A stretch of DNA of 64,000 nucleotides from Octopus vulgaris (lineage: Eukaryota): assembly GCA_951406725.2 (NCBI GenBank), contig OX597815.1, positions 187,984,001 to 188,048,000 on the forward strand, written 5' to 3'. The notes under the pieces are model-generated. The model saw only the letters and a program-made list of their open reading frames with translations. It was not told the DNA's origin and did not search any database. Positions 23,703-36,662 of the stretch are shown piece by piece (the stretch's first letter is position 1; each line of letters starts with the position of its first letter). Made by a program: the position numbers and the translations under genes.

Positions 23703-24995
23703 ATGTATATACAGATAGTAGTTTCTATCTCAGGACAGCGGCATGCTTGTGATTGAGATAATCTATACAAAAAGCATAAAACATAGGTCTACGTGACCTA
23801 TGTTCAACTAAACTTGGACTGTAGCAGAAAGAACTGATATGGTTATGTTATAAAATTTGTAAAAAGATCAAGTGTTCTGAGGGTTCTGTGCGGCAAATGA
23901 TTTTACCATTTGACTGCACTAGCTTCTTAAAACAATCTGCCAGTCTACAATTTACCTATGCCTCAGATAGAATCGGCAGATATGTTTATTTGTTCTTACC
24001 AGGAAATGAGATTGGCAGATACTGCTTACTATACCTACTGATCTAATTTTGATAAGGAATACATCCTCCTCAACATAGATTTATTCTAAATAACCAGAGT
24101 TACATCCACTTCAAACAACAACAACAGACACCCAATACTCAATTTATTCATTATAATAAAATTAATTTAGATAATTAATTTACATACATAATTCATATAA
24201 TTATTTTATATATTTAAATAAATTCTTTCTTTTGTTGGTGCTAAGTAAACTTCCCACAAAATTGTTGGATAAATTAGGTGTAAAAATCCAGATTTATTCT
24301 TGGTTTACTGAAGAAGGTATTTTCTCTAAGTTTTACTGAAGAATCTGTTTTTAAACTTGAAGATTTTGCCAATAGATTTTATAGTTTGCCTAAAATACAT
24401 GTAGATTAAATGTTAGTTGTTTTACCAGTTGGTTTTAATCTGTATCTTTTAGAAGGCTGTTGATAATACTGCTGCTGTGATAGCCGCAGCACAGCAGAGG
24501 CGGTTGTGGTTGTGGCAGTGGTGGTGGTGGTGATGGCGTCAGCAGCAGTGGTGGTCGGGGGTGGGGGGTAATGGTAGTGACAGTGACGGTGGTGGTGGTG
24601 GTGGTAACCCAGTCAGTGTTTGCCTAAATAGATCATTGGCATTCAAGTAAGAAATCAAATGAATAGAAACAACTTATGGATATCATACAGCTATGACATG
24701 CTTCGCTCTTCTCTGAGACCCATGTTACACAGTCTTCCATCCAGTGGCGGATGAGTAATGTTATTTTAGGCTGTGGTGCTGGTTACAACATTGTTATTGT
24801 TTCACTATCTAAAACAGGCTCTTTCTTTTTCCCTTTATATAAAGTTACTAGCCATTGCTACAATAAAATAATTCAAGAGTGAGAACATATTCTGTGCATG
24901 GACATATGGTTAACAAATAAATAAACTTGAGTGTGAAATACTTATCTTACATCTCTGTATACAGTCTTGTGTGGATGTGTGTGTAAGCGTGATTG

Positions 24996-24996
<1 letters not shown>

Positions 24997-25047
<51 letters not shown>

Positions 25048-25084
25048 TATATTCACACACACACATATATAGAGAGAGATAGTC

Positions 25085-25156
<72 letters not shown>

Positions 25157-25180
25157 ATATATATATATATATGTATAAAA

Positions 25181-25232
<52 letters not shown>

Positions 25233-25762
25233 TCACACACACACATATATAGAGAGAAATAGTCAGATACATACATATATATATGTGTATATATATATAT
25301 GTATATATATGTATATATATATATATATATATGTGAGTGTGTGTATATATGCACACATACATACATATATATATAGAGGGGTATGGCTGTTTACAGTGAA
25401 ATTTGGGTCTCTTCTAAGTTATAAGTTTTTTTTTTTCTTTTTATATGTATTTTTATAAAATTTAATATCTCTCCTTAAGAAATGATATGTTTGTTTTCAT
25501 TGTTGCTGAAGTAAATTTAGCATCTGATAATGTTAACAGTTTCTTAATTGGTTATTGTGTTTCCCAAATGAGATATATAAATGTCAATTTTAAAATGAAA
25601 CTTATTGGAATAATGTTACTCGTTTGTAGATTGTGTTAAGCTCACTGATTAAACCTGAGAGGTAGAAGTATCAGAAAGAAAAGAAAAACAACAAACGTTA
25701 AAATTCTACAACATACACTATCATTAATGATGTCACCACACATTTACATACGTACATACATA

Positions 25763-25795
<33 letters not shown>

Positions 25796-25938
25796 ATGTA
25801 TGTATGTATGTATGTATATAAATGTATGCATATGTATGTTTATAAAGATATATATATATATGTATGTATATGTGTATATATATGTATATATATATATAAA
25901 TGTATGCATATGCATGTTTATAAAGATATATATATGTA

Positions 25939-25975
<37 letters not shown>

Positions 25976-26001
25976 ATGTATGCATATGTATGTTTATAAA
26001 G

Positions 26002-26040
<39 letters not shown>

Positions 26041-26140
26041 CATATATATGCATATGTATGCATATGTATGTTTATATATAGATATATATATATATATACA
26101 TACACACACACATATATATATGTACGTGTATGTATATGTA
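24997..26140. repeat. (TA)/(TG)/(TATG) microsatellite blocks with higher-order duplication (24997-25375, 25745-26140)
   Basis: Direct reading; repeated unit AAATGTATGCATATGTATGTTTATAAAGATATAT. Confidence 0.9.
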
Positions 26141-26198
26141 CATCTTGTTGTACACACCTTGTAAGATTACTCATTACATTGAAAAACAAAACACTTAC

Positions 26199-26247
26199 CA
26201 CCCATGGCGTTGCTACTTTCAGCACTCTTCTGATTCTTGATCATTAT
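26199..26247 (-). CDS. Candidate 49-nt exon
   Basis: Acceptor TTTGTGTATTTGTTCCAG, donor GTG|GTAAGT; open frame [16 protein letters not shown]; contains GCCATGG. No homology evidence. Confidence 0.4.
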
Positions 26248-26618
26248 CTGGAACAAATACACAAATGCTTTCTGAATATTAAACATGAAGTAAATTTGTT
26301 ATCAAACAAACTCTGTAGGCCACAAATGAAAGATTAGGTAAATGCAAAACAATGTCATTGCACAATTTCACGAATCTCAATATTCAATTATTCATTCGCA
26401 TATCTATTTATTCAACTGTTCCTTCATTTAAGTATTTATTCGTTTCTTTCAAAATTTTCTTCTTTCTTTGTCTTGCTATTTCATTTGCTTAACCATTTAT
26501 TGTTCTCATACACTTCTTTCGTTATTAATTCCTTTATTCTTTCCTTCCTGCTCCGGTCAAAGCTGTATTGATTAGTTTAATTTACAAGCTACCTTTGCCT
26601 AGCTTCTGCCAATTTTAC

Positions 26619-26644
26619 CTGAAAGCCATGATTCTCTCTCTTGT
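26619..26644 (-). CDS. Candidate 26-nt microexon
   Basis: Acceptor poly-T+CTCCACAG, donor CAG|GTAAAA; joins in frame to 26199-26247. Confidence 0.3.
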
Positions 26645-27133
26645 CTGTGGAGAAAAAAAAAAAAAAAAATCGCATACTGTATTTAGATTTAGATTCAATA
26701 TTTTAACCACAACTGTTTACAGGAAGAAGAATAAATTGCATCTTTATAAATAGTAACAATATCCATCTTAGAATTAACTGTCTTGACTTACTGGGAAATC
26801 TCACCACATTATTACTCTTTAAAGACCCTTTACTTCTTTCCTGGATATAAAAAAGAAATACTTCAGAATTTAATATGAGCCAATAAAGAAACCTTTGCAT
26901 GGTTATTCAAACTGCTAGAAATAGCAGCTAATTTTCTTCAAATCACATATTCTAAAACCATATAGGGTATACTGGACAATGTAGACCACTATATATGAAA
27001 AGGCTGAAATTTCCTTTGTTTATAGGTTTGCTACAGCTGGGCAAAGGTAGCTGTAAGTAAATTAATCAATGCATTTTTGGTAATGAACTTGATCTGAGCT
27101 TAAACAACAATAGATTTAACATTCATCAACTTA

Positions 27134-27499
27134 CTAGCAGTATCGCCCGGCATTGCTCGGGTTTGTTTCGACCCTTTAGAATTGGAATTTTTGATAAGTA
27201 AAAATTTGGCATTATGTAGCTTGTTATTCTCTTTAAGTGAACATTTTTCTGGTTGAAATACACCGAAAAATGGCGACACAGCAGTCAAAGAAAAAAAAGC
27301 ACCTTTTTGATGTAAATAATTTTTGGTGTTAACTTGGTCCGATTTGAAGTTTTTCTCCTATGGAAGGAAGAGCAAACCTTCTTCTATCATACTCTCAATT
27401 TTGGTCAACTTGTGCCGCAGGGTCTTGGAGGAGATAGTGTTAGTTGAAGGCTACCAAACCTGCCATACACAGACAACTTCAGCTTTATATATATAGAGA
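27134..27499 (-). mobile_element. Non-autonomous Helitron
   Basis: Minus strand A|TC...hairpin CCCGAGCAATGCCGGG...CTAG|T, no TSD; a similar 5'-end remnant lies at about 56790-56940. Confidence 0.8.
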
Positions 27500-27551
27500 T
27501 AACTCTTTTATGATTACATTTCTAATAAAATGCCTGGTTGTGTTTTTAAAT

Positions 27552-27834
27552 CAGTGCTTCTCAAACTATCTGATGTGGCATAGCAGTAGTTTTTTTTCCA
27601 ATCTGTCAGGGACCGGTAATATTCCTTAGCAATTTATACCTGAAACAATATATATAATGAATATAATAAAAGTTGACAATTTTTTTTATCGTATATTTAT
27701 TTTGTAAATAAATAATACAATATTACATAAGCATTTTATAATGTTTCTTTCTTTTCTGGAAATTCGCCGCATACTGGCAGCTGATGGCTCACAGACTGGC
27801 ACCAGTCCACAGACCACCACTTTGAGAAGCACTG
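27552..27834. mobile_element. hAT (Charlie-like) MITE
   Basis: 14-bp TIR CAGTGCTTCTCAAA/TTTGAGAAGCACTG with a perfect 8-bp TSD TTTTAAAT. Confidence 0.9.
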
Positions 27835-28035
27835 TTTTAAATGATCTTAAAATTAAGCAAAAATTTTCATAAATAACTGACTTTACCATTATTAAGCTAC
27901 TATTTAGAAGATAAGGTTGAAATGAAATTTCTAGTCTAAGAATAAATGCTTATTTTGTTCTAACATTTGAAGCAGCTGCAAGTGAGTTGGTATCAAATGG
28001 GTTAAACCTCTTGAAAAGTCATGTTTTATCTAAAC

Positions 28036-28709
28036 CAATGGTTTTCATCTGGGGTCTATATGACCCAAGGGGGTCCAATATAAGATTTTGGGGTCCACAC
28101 AAGCAAAATAGTAAATTGGGGTTCTTCGATAGTATTTTAAGGGTTTTGTGTAAGAATTTTGGTTTAGATGTATTTATGGCAAGAAACAAGTAAGTTTCTT
28201 TCTCTAACACTTAACATAGTTCAGTCTACACAATCTAATGTGTAAGAAGCAAAATAGGAATTTTGAAGAAAGTGTCAATAAACATCAAATGGCTCTGGGG
28301 TCTACCAGAATAAAGCAGTAATCAAAGCATTGTTCCATAGTGAAGGCGCATGGCTCAGTGGTTAGAGCATTGAGCTTACGACTGAGGTTGTGAGTTCAAA
28401 TCCTGGACCGGGCTGCATGTTGTGTTCTTGAGCAAGACACTTTATTTCACGTTGCTCCAGTTCACTCAGCTGTAGAAATGAGTTGCAACTTTACAGGTGC
28501 CAAGCTGTATCGGCCCCTTTGCCTTTGCCTTGGGTAACACTGGTAGCGTGGAGAGGGGAGACCAGTATGCTTGGGCGACTGCTGGTCTTCCATAAACAAC
28601 CTTGCCCGGGCTTGTGCCTGGGAGGGTAACTTTCTAGGTGCAATCCCATGGTCATTCGTGACTGAAGGGGGTCTCTGTTCCATACATAAAATAGGGTTAA
28701 GAACCACTG
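28036..28709. mobile_element. hAT-type MITE interrupted by a SINE
   Basis: Ends CAATGGTTTTCATC / GGTTAAGAACCACTG; imperfect 8-bp flanks ATCTAAAC / ACCTAAAT. Confidence 0.6.
28340..28675 (+). mobile_element. tRNA-derived SINE family D
   Basis: A box TGGCTCAGTGG, B box GTTCAAATCC; TSD TGTTCCATA at 28331-28339 and 28676-28684; diverged relative at about 36870-37180. Confidence 0.85.
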
Positions 28710-29215
28710 ACCTAAATTCGTTGTTTAACTAAAACATTGACAATCTCTGTCTTTTAATACATATTTCGACCCCCTCCCTCTCTCTCATTCTTTTGCACTC
28801 ACTCTCTCTCTCTCTGTATTATTCCTACATTTACACTAATGGCTGCTTTTCAGGCTTCCTAGCTATTCTCAACTCTCTTGACAACATTTTATTACTCTGT
28901 AAATAAGCCCATCCATCATATGCTCTCTTCTTCACCACTTGCCTGTTTGCTGATGTTCAGACATGTGACATTGTGTTCATATCAACATTAAGGTTGTTGA
29001 TCATACTCCAGTTCAACCTCTTATTAAAAATCAATCACCCTCAATGACAGACCCAAGATTAGTTAAAGGTGTGTTGATCTCTCTTCCAGTTTGAGATTTA
29101 TAGGCCACAATGGGCAGAAAGCATTTACCCATTGCTAAAGATGATTGTGGGTTGTGGTTTCAACACCTTTTGTTGTTTCCTTAGAGGTTGCTTTATGCTT
29201 TCCTTTTCATTTAAA

Positions 29216-29435
29216 CCCTTTAGTGTTCAGATTACTCTGTCAAATGTAATACTTTTTCACTCAAAATATTTTGAATTAATCATGCATTATCTTATAGCTT
29301 TGAAGTTTCAATGATGTGATTGTTTATTTTTAGAACGTCAATGTAGGTTAGGTGTGAGAGGCCAGATATCGCCAGTTTGAATATAAAATATGCGGAATAT
29401 CTGGGCCAGATATGGCCGGTTTAAACACTAAAGGG
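29216..29435. mobile_element. piggyBac-type MITE (second family)
   Basis: CCCTTTAGTGTT ... AACACTAAAGGG|TTAA. Confidence 0.75.
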
Positions 29436-29478
29436 TTAAGGATTAGGTGTTTATGTGTGTATATATATATATATATAT

Positions 29479-29730
29479 AGGTGTAGGAGTGGCTGTGTGG
29501 TAAGTAGCTTGCTTACCAACCGCATGGTTCCGGGTTCAGTTCCCACTGTGTGGCACCCTCAGCAAGTGTCTTCTACTGTAGCTTCGGGCCGACCAAAGCC
29601 TTGTGAGTGGATTTGGTAGACAGAAACTGAAAGAAGGCCGTCATATATACGTATATATATGTGTGTGTGTGTGTATGTGTGTCTGTGTTTGTCCTCCCAA
29701 CATCACTTGACAACCGGTGCCGATGTGTTT
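29479..29730 (+). mobile_element. SINE family A, 5' part
   Basis: Head and internal microsatellite match family A. Confidence 0.88.
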
Positions 29731-30264
29731 CTGTATGTTACTGTACAGTTTCATGTTAATGAACCTTCCAAGTGTGGAAAGGTAAATTTACAAATCATAT
29801 TACATGCCTGAATGGAAGAGTTCTCTGTCTTATGAACATAAATATATATATATATATATATGTATGTATATACACACAATTTATATAAGTGTGTGTGCAT
29901 ACACATGTACATGTGTGTGCACATGTGTATGTGTATTTCAAAATAAATATTCATTGTAACCTTGTGTGACTATAAATGTTATGGAAGCTTGGAAAGGCAT
30001 GGACAGAATATTTTGTTTCGCCCAAATTTCATTATCAATTATTTGTTTCAACAGATCAATCATTTACTATTATGATTATCACAGTATTGCATGCATCTGC
30101 TGTATCACCAGACTCAGCTACATGTGTGTCTTAGGTATATATATAAACAATCACTCATATTTTACTATTTATCCATTTATTCTTTCAACAGTTCCAGTCA
30201 CTGGGCTGTGGCCATGCTGAGGACAATATATATTTAAAGGTTTTATTTCATTATAATACACTCA

Positions 30265-30549
30265 GGAGGCGCAATGGCCCAGTAGTTGGAGGATCGCGGT
30301 TTCAATTCCCAGACCGGGCATTGTGTGTGTTTATTGAGCGAAAACACCTAAAGCTGGCAGGGGATGGTGGCGACCCCTGTTGAACTCTTTTGCCCCCAAC
30401 TTTTTCTCGCTCTTTCTTCCTGTTTCTTGAGTAACGCTGTGATGGACTGGTGTCCCGTCCAGCTGGGGGAAACACATATGCCATAGAAACCGGGAAACTG
30501 GGCCCATGAGCCTGGCTAGGCTTGAAAAGGGCACATAAATAAATAAAAA
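30265..30549 (+). mobile_element. tRNA-derived SINE family C (tail type 2)
   Basis: Same head and body as 4893-5297; perfect TSD ATAATACACTCA at 30253-30264 and 30550-30561; A-rich tail. Confidence 0.88.
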
Positions 30550-31379
30550 ATAATACACTCAACCACGCTGTATTTATTTTAGTCTTCTGCTTATTTTTAC
30601 TAAGCCTCCGATGAAGGGATATATTTTATCAAGTGGTTAAGTTACCTTTTTGGACACAACACTGGATTTTAACTGGCAGTGATTGTGTCAATCGCAAAGG
30701 TATTAACATAGATTGATTTTTGTTTTGTTGTAGTTTTTGACAAGGGTCTTCTGAAGTTCAAACATTATCTGGAAAAATGAAAACAAGAGTGATATAACTT
30801 TGCTACATCATCATCAGCATCACGATTTTTAAATCTCTTTCTAAATGAACTGATACAAGGCTTTGAAATAATCTTGTGTAACTTGTATATACATATCTAC
30901 ATACATACATATGTACATACATATACACATATATACATACATGCCCTAGTATGGCCACAGCTCATGAGCTGAAACTAGATAAAATAAAAATAAAAATAAA
31001 AATAAAAATACATGCATACATATACACACATACATGCATAGATACATACACATATAGACATACATATATATATACACACACACATACATGCATACATACA
31101 CACACATACATACATAGACATACACATACATACATACATATATACATGCATGCATACAAACAAAAATACCCTGTTGTTGATGTTGAAATTCCAATGAAGG
31201 GACCTTGGATCTAGGTTAGAAACCAGTTCTTTCTCTATTGCCAAGAAATCTTGAAATAAACTGAACAATGATATACATACATAATCCCATATATATATAT
31301 ATGTGTGTGTATTTTATGCTTTTACTGGTTTCAGGCAGAGGCCATGCTGAAGCACCGTCTTGTATGTATGTATGTTCTT

Positions 31380-31780
31380 TTATTGTTTTACTTGTTTCAG
31401 TCTTTAGACTGTGGCCATGCTGGAGCACCGACTTGATGGGTTTCAGTTGAACAAATCAACCCCTAGTATTTATTCTATCGGTCTTTTTGCCAAACTGCTA
31501 AGTTACAGGGATATAAAAACACTAATACCAGTTGTCACGTGGTGGAAGGGAGACAAACACAGACACAACAACACACACACACATAGATATATGTACATAT
31601 GTAAATATATATATGACGGACTTCTTTCAGTGTCCATCTCCTAAATCCACTCAAAAGGCTTTGGGTGACCCAAGGCTATAGTAGAAGACACTTGCCCAAG
31701 GTGTCACACAGTGGGACTGAACCCAGATCCATGTGGTTGGCAAGAAAATATCTTACCACACAGCCATGCTTGCACCTATA
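31380..31780 (-). mobile_element. SINE family A
   Basis: Similarity to family A. Confidence 0.85.
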
Positions 31781-32033
31781 TGTATGATATATATATATAT
31801 ATATATATATAAATATATACATATATATATATATATATAGAAAGTAAGTTAGGGGTTATGGATGTAACCCACTAAGGGATATTATTTATCCAATATACTG
31901 TTGGTAAAGTACCCTATTAGATATATATGTATGCTATTAAGGTTCTCATTTTGTTAAATGAATAAATAATCTAACATTATAATATCCGAAAGTTGATGAA
32001 CAAACTAAATTTGTTTCTCCATTTTCTTATTTG

Positions 32034-32072
<39 letters not shown>

Positions 32073-32074
<2 letters not shown>

Positions 32075-32283
32075 GGGAAGGTTTACGAAAATAAACAAAA
32101 GACGAAGGCAGGTGGAGTACAAACAAATAAATGTATTAGTATGGTGCTCAGAAATAGAAATAGAACAAGTCTTTTACGTTTCAAGCCTACGCTCTTCAAC
32201 AGAAAGATACACAGAAAAGAAACAAAGAAAGAAACAAGGGGAGAAAAATATGCGTGGAGGAGCTAACGGTCTATCATGGCGTT
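32073..32283 (-). mobile_element. (TA)n-embedded short element with a hammerhead-like motif (32170-32207)
   Basis: Minus strand TCTTT-CTGTTGA-AGAGCGTAGGCTT-GAAAC-GTA-AAAGA; degenerate paralog at about 56300-56465 (+). Confidence 0.6.
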
Positions 32284-32650
32284 TTATATATATATATATA
32301 TATCTCCTGTTACTTATTTTGATTTTATTCACCTTGCTTCGAGCTGTGCGGATAATACTGAACTGACTTGGTGCTCCAACTTAAGTACCTAATTCAACTG
32401 AATCTCAATTATTTATGAGTAAAATCCATAAGTGGTGGTGTTGGTGCCTATTCAAGATCTTAATTCATGTAATGCAATGTGTCTTTTCCCTTATAAGGTA
32501 TTGGAATCTTACATATATACCACTCTGCCTAAAAAATGGATCTACAACTTCAATATCCCTACATATCTTGCATCTATTTTCTTTCCTCCACCTCACTCTC
32601 TATTTTGTATCCTATCTAAATTAACTATTACTTAACCATCCTCTCACACC

Positions 32651-32698
32651 GTCTCCGATGAAGGGATATAATAAATATCCTGGAAACAGCTGTAAGAC
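32651..32698 (+). ncRNA. Minimal type-I hammerhead ribozyme motif (Penelope-type)
   Basis: Stem I GTCT/AGAC; core CCGATGA (U4C variant); stem II GGGATAT/ATATCCT; GAAAC-AGCT-GTA with palindromic CAGCTG. Confidence 0.7.
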
Positions 32699-33128
32699 CT
32701 TGTATCTATAAATGTTCTGATATCTACACAGCCTTGGTTTATCTCATTACGCAAAAAATTCTTATATCCACATGCTGACATACGACCAACTTTGAACCCC
32801 TTATTTGCAAAATTACCAAACCTGGAACTTAACTATGGTCTGTCGATAGCACTTATTCAGCATTACCTGACACCTTTGGATCTCAATGACACCATTACCC
32901 CTTATATAAACGCCGAGGTTGACTTTGCCTTTCATCCTTTTGGGGTTGATAAATTAAGTACCAGTTATGCACTGGGGTCAATGTAATCAACTTAACCTCT
33001 TTGTCTGTCCTTGTTTTTCCCCTCTATGTTTAGCCCCTTGTGGGCAATAAAGAAATAATATATATATATATATACACACACATATACATACATACACACA
33101 TATGCATGCACACACACAAATATATATA

Positions 33129-33298
33129 GGCGCAGGTGTGGCTGTGTGGTAAGTAGCTTGTTTACCAACCACATGGTTCCGGGTTCAGTCCCACTGCGTG
33201 GCACCTTGGGCAAGTGTCTTCTACTATAGCCTGGGCCGACCAAAGCCTTGTGAGTGGATTTGGTAGACAGAAACTGAAAGAAGCCCATCGTATATATG

Positions 33299-33339
<41 letters not shown>

Positions 33340-33535
33340 TTGTGTGTCTGTCCCTATAGCATTGCTTGACAACCGATGCTGGTGTGTTTATGTCCCCGTT
33401 ACTTAGCGGTTCGGCAAAAGAGACCGATAGAATAAATACTGGGCTTACAAAAGAATAAGTCCCGGGGTCGAGTTGCTTGATTAAAGGCGGTGCTCCAGCA
33501 TGGCCGCAGTCAAATGACTGAAACACGTAAAAGAG
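33129..33535 (+). mobile_element. SINE family A, full length
   Basis: Complete head to tail; preceded by a family B 3' part at about 32911-33057. Confidence 0.92.
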
Positions 33536-34605
33536 TATATATCTAGACATGTATTAATATGTATGTGTGTGTAAACAGAAAGTTATATTCTTATTAAAAA
33601 TATTATATTCCTTCCGTATGTATTTTTAGTGCTTCATTTGTGGAAATGAATCTGAATGCTTTTCTGCTTAAGGATATTGACCTCTTCACGTGTCTCTGTT
33701 ACTATGGACAGATGACTGTGAATCATGTTATTTATATTTTATTACTTTATTTTCCTTTAGTAGAATGACACCCATGTGAGTGCTAGTGAAGTACTCACAG
33801 CTACTCTCTACTTTCTGACTGTGTTAGTTCCTTGCTGTAAACAAAAAAAAAGGGAACCTGAATTTTACAAGAAAATAATATTTGCTCTCATTAAACCCAG
33901 GGTTTGTACTGATTAAGCAAATCTACTACCAAATGCATTCTGGTTATAACAAATCTATCTTCTTCTTTTTGTGCTGTAGTGGTGGTCATGGTGGTGTTGA
34001 TGCCTATTCAAGATCTCAATTCATGTCATGCAATGTGTCTTTTCCCTCATAAGATAGTAAGTTATACTATTGAGGAAATTTAGCTGTCATTTCTAGCAGG
34101 TGAGACAACTCTGGTGAGGCTGCTTTACTGGAAAATGAAAAGAAGTGTTTCCTTAAGATTCACCGATAAACCAATGGTTTTCTTGTTTAGTCCCATGTCA
34201 GCCCCAGTGAAGAAGACCCATGATTATAGGCAGCATCCCAGTCACAAACAACCAGTTGTTTTTCAGACAGAGAATAACCAAGACTATAGTAATCTTTCTC
34301 TTGCTTTGAAGGCAATTTGGCTGCTGCTTCTAGTAAACTGCATGGTCACATAGAGGCTCCTTCAAAATACTGTTTGTTTGTGAATTTTTAAAAATTGAGA
34401 TATTTCTAAATCGCTATGCTCAGCCTTTATAACCACATTGACAGCATGCCACTTCATTTCTTGAGTAAGCTGAGGGTCTGTCATTATTATTTTCTGAAAC
34501 AAAAATTATGCAGAATTAGCAAAAAATGCAGCAATTACCCAAAAAAGGTATGCTCTCAAATACCTTACACACCCTGTATATGTATGTGTGTGTGTGTGTG
34601 TATAT

Positions 34606-34989
34606 ACTCTTTTACTTGTTTCAGTCATTTGACTGCGGCCATGCTGGAGCACCGCCTTTAATCGAGCAACTCGACCCCGGGTCTTTTTCTTTTGTAAGCC
34701 TAGTACTTATTCTATCGGTCTCTTTTACCGAACCGCTAAGTAACGGGGACATAAACACACCAGCATCGGTTGTCAAGCAATGCTGGGGGACAAACACACA
34801 CGCATATATATATATATATATACATATATATGATGGGTTTCTTTCAGTTTCTGTCTACCAAATCCACTCACAATGCTTTGGTCGGCCCGAGGCTATAGTA
34901 GAAGACACTTGCCCAAGGTGCCACGCAGTGGGACTGAACCCGGAACCATGTGGTTGGTAAACAAGCTACTTACCACACAGCCACTCCTG

Positions 34990-34990
<1 letters not shown>
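34606..34990 (-). mobile_element. SINE family A, full length
   Basis: Reverse complement of 33129-33535. Confidence 0.92.
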
Positions 34991-35034
<44 letters not shown>

Positions 35035-35344
35035 TTTTGCCCGTCCAAGTCCTTGCTCGCTCTCTCCTCTGTCAACCTCGCGTATTCGTGGTGCACCCGC
35101 CCTTGCCCACCCCCACCACCAATACCGGATATCTCTATATTTTTGCTCCATCTATACCGGATGTCGCTTCTCCCACCACCATTATAGGTGTCTACTCTTC
35201 GAACCCCCCTCTTCAATACGCTATTTCACCATGCATTACCCCTCTCGTGATATCCTGCGTTCTACTTGTCTAGAACCTGTCATCGTTTCTCCGAACACCC
35301 CTCCCCACTGGTGCTCCCCTATATTCCTGCACCCCCCCCACATA

Positions 35345-35652
35345 AAAAGAACCATCCGAATGTGGCCGATGCCAGCACCGCCCCGACTGGCTTCTGTGCA
35401 GGTGGCACATAAAAAGCACCAACCGACCGTGGCCAATGCCAGACCCCTCTGGCACCTGTGCAGGTGGCACGTAAAAAGCACCCACTACACTCGCGGAGTG
35501 GTTGGCATTAGGAAGGGCATCCAGCTGTAGAAACACTGCCAGACCAGACTGGAGCCTGGGGCAACCCCTGGCTCCCCAGACCCCGGTCGAACCATCCAAC
35601 CCGTGCTAGCGCGGAAAACGGACGTTAAACGATGATGATGATGATGATGATG

Positions 35653-35655
<3 letters not shown>
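35345..35655 (+). mobile_element. RTE LINE 3' UTR fragment
   Basis: Stem-loop repeats, conserved 3' end, (GAT)n. Confidence 0.85.
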
Positions 35656-35707
<52 letters not shown>

Positions 35708-36042
35708 TGTATGTATGTGTATACACAGAAAAAGCTTGCTATTAATCAACTTCTACTCACAAGGGTATAATTAGAAGATACTTGGCCAAGGTGTCATGCA
35801 GCTGGAACAATACCAAAACCACATCACTGCAAAGTGAACTTCACAACCACACAGCCACACTTGTGCCTATATCTATGTTTTATTCTAAAATATTGTAGAG
35901 ATCCCAATTAAAAAACCATAAGATTCTGAATCTGCACCATTTTATACAGACACTCCTGCCCCATATATACAAAAAAAACCCAAAAAACCCAACAAAAAAA
36001 AAAGTAAGAAGATTAATCATGAAAGCAATATTCTTGTGGAAA

Positions 36043-36313
36043 AAGGCCGCAAGCTGGCAGAAACATTAACACTGGGTGAAATGCTTTATGGTATTTCTTC
36101 TGTTACTCTTTTACTTGTTTCAGTCATTTGACTGCGGCCATGCTGGAGCACCACCTTAAATCGAGCAACTCGACCCCGGGACTTATTCTTTGTAAGCCCA
36201 GTACTTATTCTATCGGTCTCTTTTGCCGAACCGCTAAGTGACGGGGACATAAACACACCAGCATCGGTTGTCAAGCAATGCTAGGGAGACAAACACAGAC
36301 ACACAAACAAACG

Positions 36314-36351
<38 letters not shown>

Positions 36352-36662
36352 TACGATGGGCTTCTTTCAGTTTCCGTCTACCAAATCCACTCACAAAGCT
36401 TTGGTCAGCCTGAGGCTATAGTAGAAGACACTTGCCCAAGGTGCCACGCAGTGGGACTGAACCCGGAACCATGTGGTTTGTAAGCAAGCTACTTACCACA
36501 CAGCCACTCCTCTTTACATTTTGAGTTCAAATTTGGCTGAGGTTGACTTAGCCTTTCATCCTTTCAGGGTCGATAAATTAAGTACCAGTTGCGTAATGGG
36601 GTGAATCTGATAGACTGGCCTCTCCCTCAAAATTTCGGGCTTTGTGCCTAGAGTAGAAAGGA
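36043..36662. mobile_element. SINE family B (+) interrupted by a full-length SINE family A (-, 36104-36510)
   Basis: Family B head at 36043-36103 resumes at 36511 (...TTTTGAGTTCAAA...). Confidence 0.85.

Noticed and set aside
24480-24606. Gly/Ser/Val-rich coding-like stretch
   Set aside because: Degenerate (GGT)/(GCA) trinucleotide repeat without splice or ORF support.
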